Source: an uncultured Methanoregulaceae archaeon (GTDB lineage: Archaea; Halobacteriota; Methanomicrobia; Methanomicrobiales; Methanospirillaceae). Taken from it: 64,000 bases of DNA. The notes beneath the pieces were generated by a model, which did no database searches, was not told where the DNA came from, and saw only the letters and a program-made list of their open reading frames with translations. The position numbers and the translations under genes are program-made. The first letter of the stretch is position 1. Each line of letters begins with the position of its first letter. Shown here piece after piece: positions 63,650-64,000 of the stretch. Location of the stretch: the NCBI GenBank assembly GCA_963737635.1, contig CAVTTL010000001.1, positions 1,024,001 to 1,088,000 on the forward strand. Direction: 5' to 3'.

Positions 63650-64000
63650 GATGCGCTCCGCGTCGCATGGATAAGTTCATCCAGTTTTTTCTGTGCATGT
63701 CCCGCGTCAATTGAGGCCGCAGCTTGCCGGATACCCTCCGCAAGAGTTGCGGCCCGGCCACCAATATAGATTGCAGCCCCGGCGTTCATGAGCACGATAT
63801 CGCGTGCAGGACCTTTTTTCCCGGCAAGAATCGTGCGGATGATGCCTGCATTCTCTTCCGGGCCATCGCCGAGAAGATCAGCCGGCGCGCCCCGGGTAAA
63901 ACCAAACATTTCCGGGGAAATGATGTATTTTGTGATCCGGCCGTCACCGAGCTCTGTCACATCCGTCTCTCCTGTGATCGTGATTTCGTCAAGTCCACTG
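63646..64000 (-). CDS. trpD: Anthranilate phosphoribosyltransferase (5' part outside the window)
   Basis: [30 protein letters not shown]; upstream of trpC. Confidence 0.92.
   Translation of the reverse strand, partial: SGLDEITITGETDVTELGDGRITKYIISPEMFGFTRGAPADLLGDGPEENAGIIRTILAGKKGPARDIVLMNAGAAIYIGGRAATLAEGIRQAAASIDAGHAQKKLDELIHATRSAS

Overview
This 64-kb window comes from a methanogenic euryarchaeon; gene content and style resemble Methanoregula (Methanomicrobiales), which is an inference. It starts inside a Mo-nitrogenase cluster (nifD partial, nifK, nifE, nifN, 2Fe-2S ferredoxin, AnfO-like, PII). Next comes an unusual nitrogen-signalling module: a membrane-anchored Hanks-type Ser/Thr kinase converging on an APC permease-PP2C phosphatase-PII-PII operon whose promoter has a perfect NrpR operator (GGAA-N6-TTCC). 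This is followed by a kdpC-kdpA fusion plus kdpB, housekeeping genes (RPA, cbiZ, pyrF, dys, tiaS), an operon of small paralogous coiled-coil proteins, and a catalytically degenerate Type IIG R-M-like gene. An AT-rich island (~35.0-41.65 kb) directly upstream of the thermosome promoter holds two abutting transposons. One is a truncated IS5/IS903-like element with an EVE-domain passenger. The other is an apparently complete 5.2-kb unit transposon with one SWIM-finger IS6-family transposase, 22-bp imperfect TIRs and an 8-bp TSD, carrying TcmP, a radical SAM enzyme, an RHH regulator and a Panacea protein with a partner. The rest comprises the thermosome, a por-type oxidoreductase operon, a candidate structured sRNA, khtTU-like antiporter genes, ribL, JAMM, parvulin, truA, malic enzyme, arsC, cbiA and trpABFC(D). 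About a dozen single-base frameshifts in conserved genes most likely reflect sequencing or assembly indels. No CRISPR array, tRNA or rRNA was recognised.
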